This document shows, in pieces, positions 63,902 through 64,000 of a stretch of DNA of 64,000 nt. The DNA is from Torpedo marmorata (Eukaryota). Under the pieces are notes generated by a model, which did no database searches, was not told the origin of the DNA, and saw only the letters and a program-made list of their open reading frames with translations. Location: assembly GCA_977017645.1 (NCBI GenBank), contig OZ360233.1, positions 21,390,001-21,454,000 of the forward strand, written 5' to 3'. The translations under genes were made by a program, and so were the position numbers. Position 1 is the stretch's first letter. Each line of letters begins with the position of its first letter.

Positions 63902-63963
63902 GCCGAATGCTGGGGGATACGATCTCATATTTGGATCGGGTACGAAACTTACAGTTCAACCAA
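63902..63963 (+). CDS. TRAJ: TRAJ segment PNAGGYDLIFGSGTKLTVQP
   Basis: RSS AGTTTTTGT-12-CACTGTG (63874-63901); GTAGGT. Confidence 0.92.
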
Positions 63964-64000
63964 GTAGGTTCAAGACGGTTTGTCTGGACTCTTCCAAGGG

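Larger units (their letters stand above)
14344..63963 (+). other. TRAJ: T-cell receptor alpha joining (TRAJ) segment cluster; may continue beyond both window edges
   Basis: 37 co-oriented segments with 12-spacer RSS, FGxG(T)xLxVxP motif and phase-1 GTAAGT/GTGAGT donor, mostly 0.5-2.5 kb apart. The number and length of Js fit TCR alpha rather than gamma, delta or IgL (established knowledge). Confidence 0.92.

Noticed and set aside
24832-63963. Regularly spaced conserved motifs with variable cores resembling a CRISPR or cassette array
   Set aside because: Vertebrate DNA; fully explained by RSS plus J segments.

Overview
Vertebrate genomic DNA, most likely a cartilaginous fish (inferred from HE1/V-SINEs, CR1, Rex1/Babar, Penelope-like and L1/Tx1 repeats). 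The dominant feature, which the ORF track largely misses, is a + strand array of antigen-receptor J gene segments, each built as nonamer/12-bp spacer/heptamer RSS, a 55-70 bp FGxG-encoding exon piece and a phase-1 GT donor. This is the architecture of the T-cell receptor alpha joining (TRAJ) cluster. I read 37 clear segments: 21 apparently functional, 3 open-frame with a defective RSS and 13 pseudogenes, plus several fainter relics. No V or C exon was recognised. The 5' 24.8 kb holds only dead J segments buried in nested retroelements, including a Gmr1-type (integrase before RT) Gypsy and a Penelope-like element stacked in one (TA)n tract. V(D)J recombination is a known system. The most unusual observations are two J segments that lack exactly the heptamer plus the coding start, a duplicated J cassette, a recurrent Myb-like motif upstream of one J subfamily, and hammerhead-like cores in Penelope termini.
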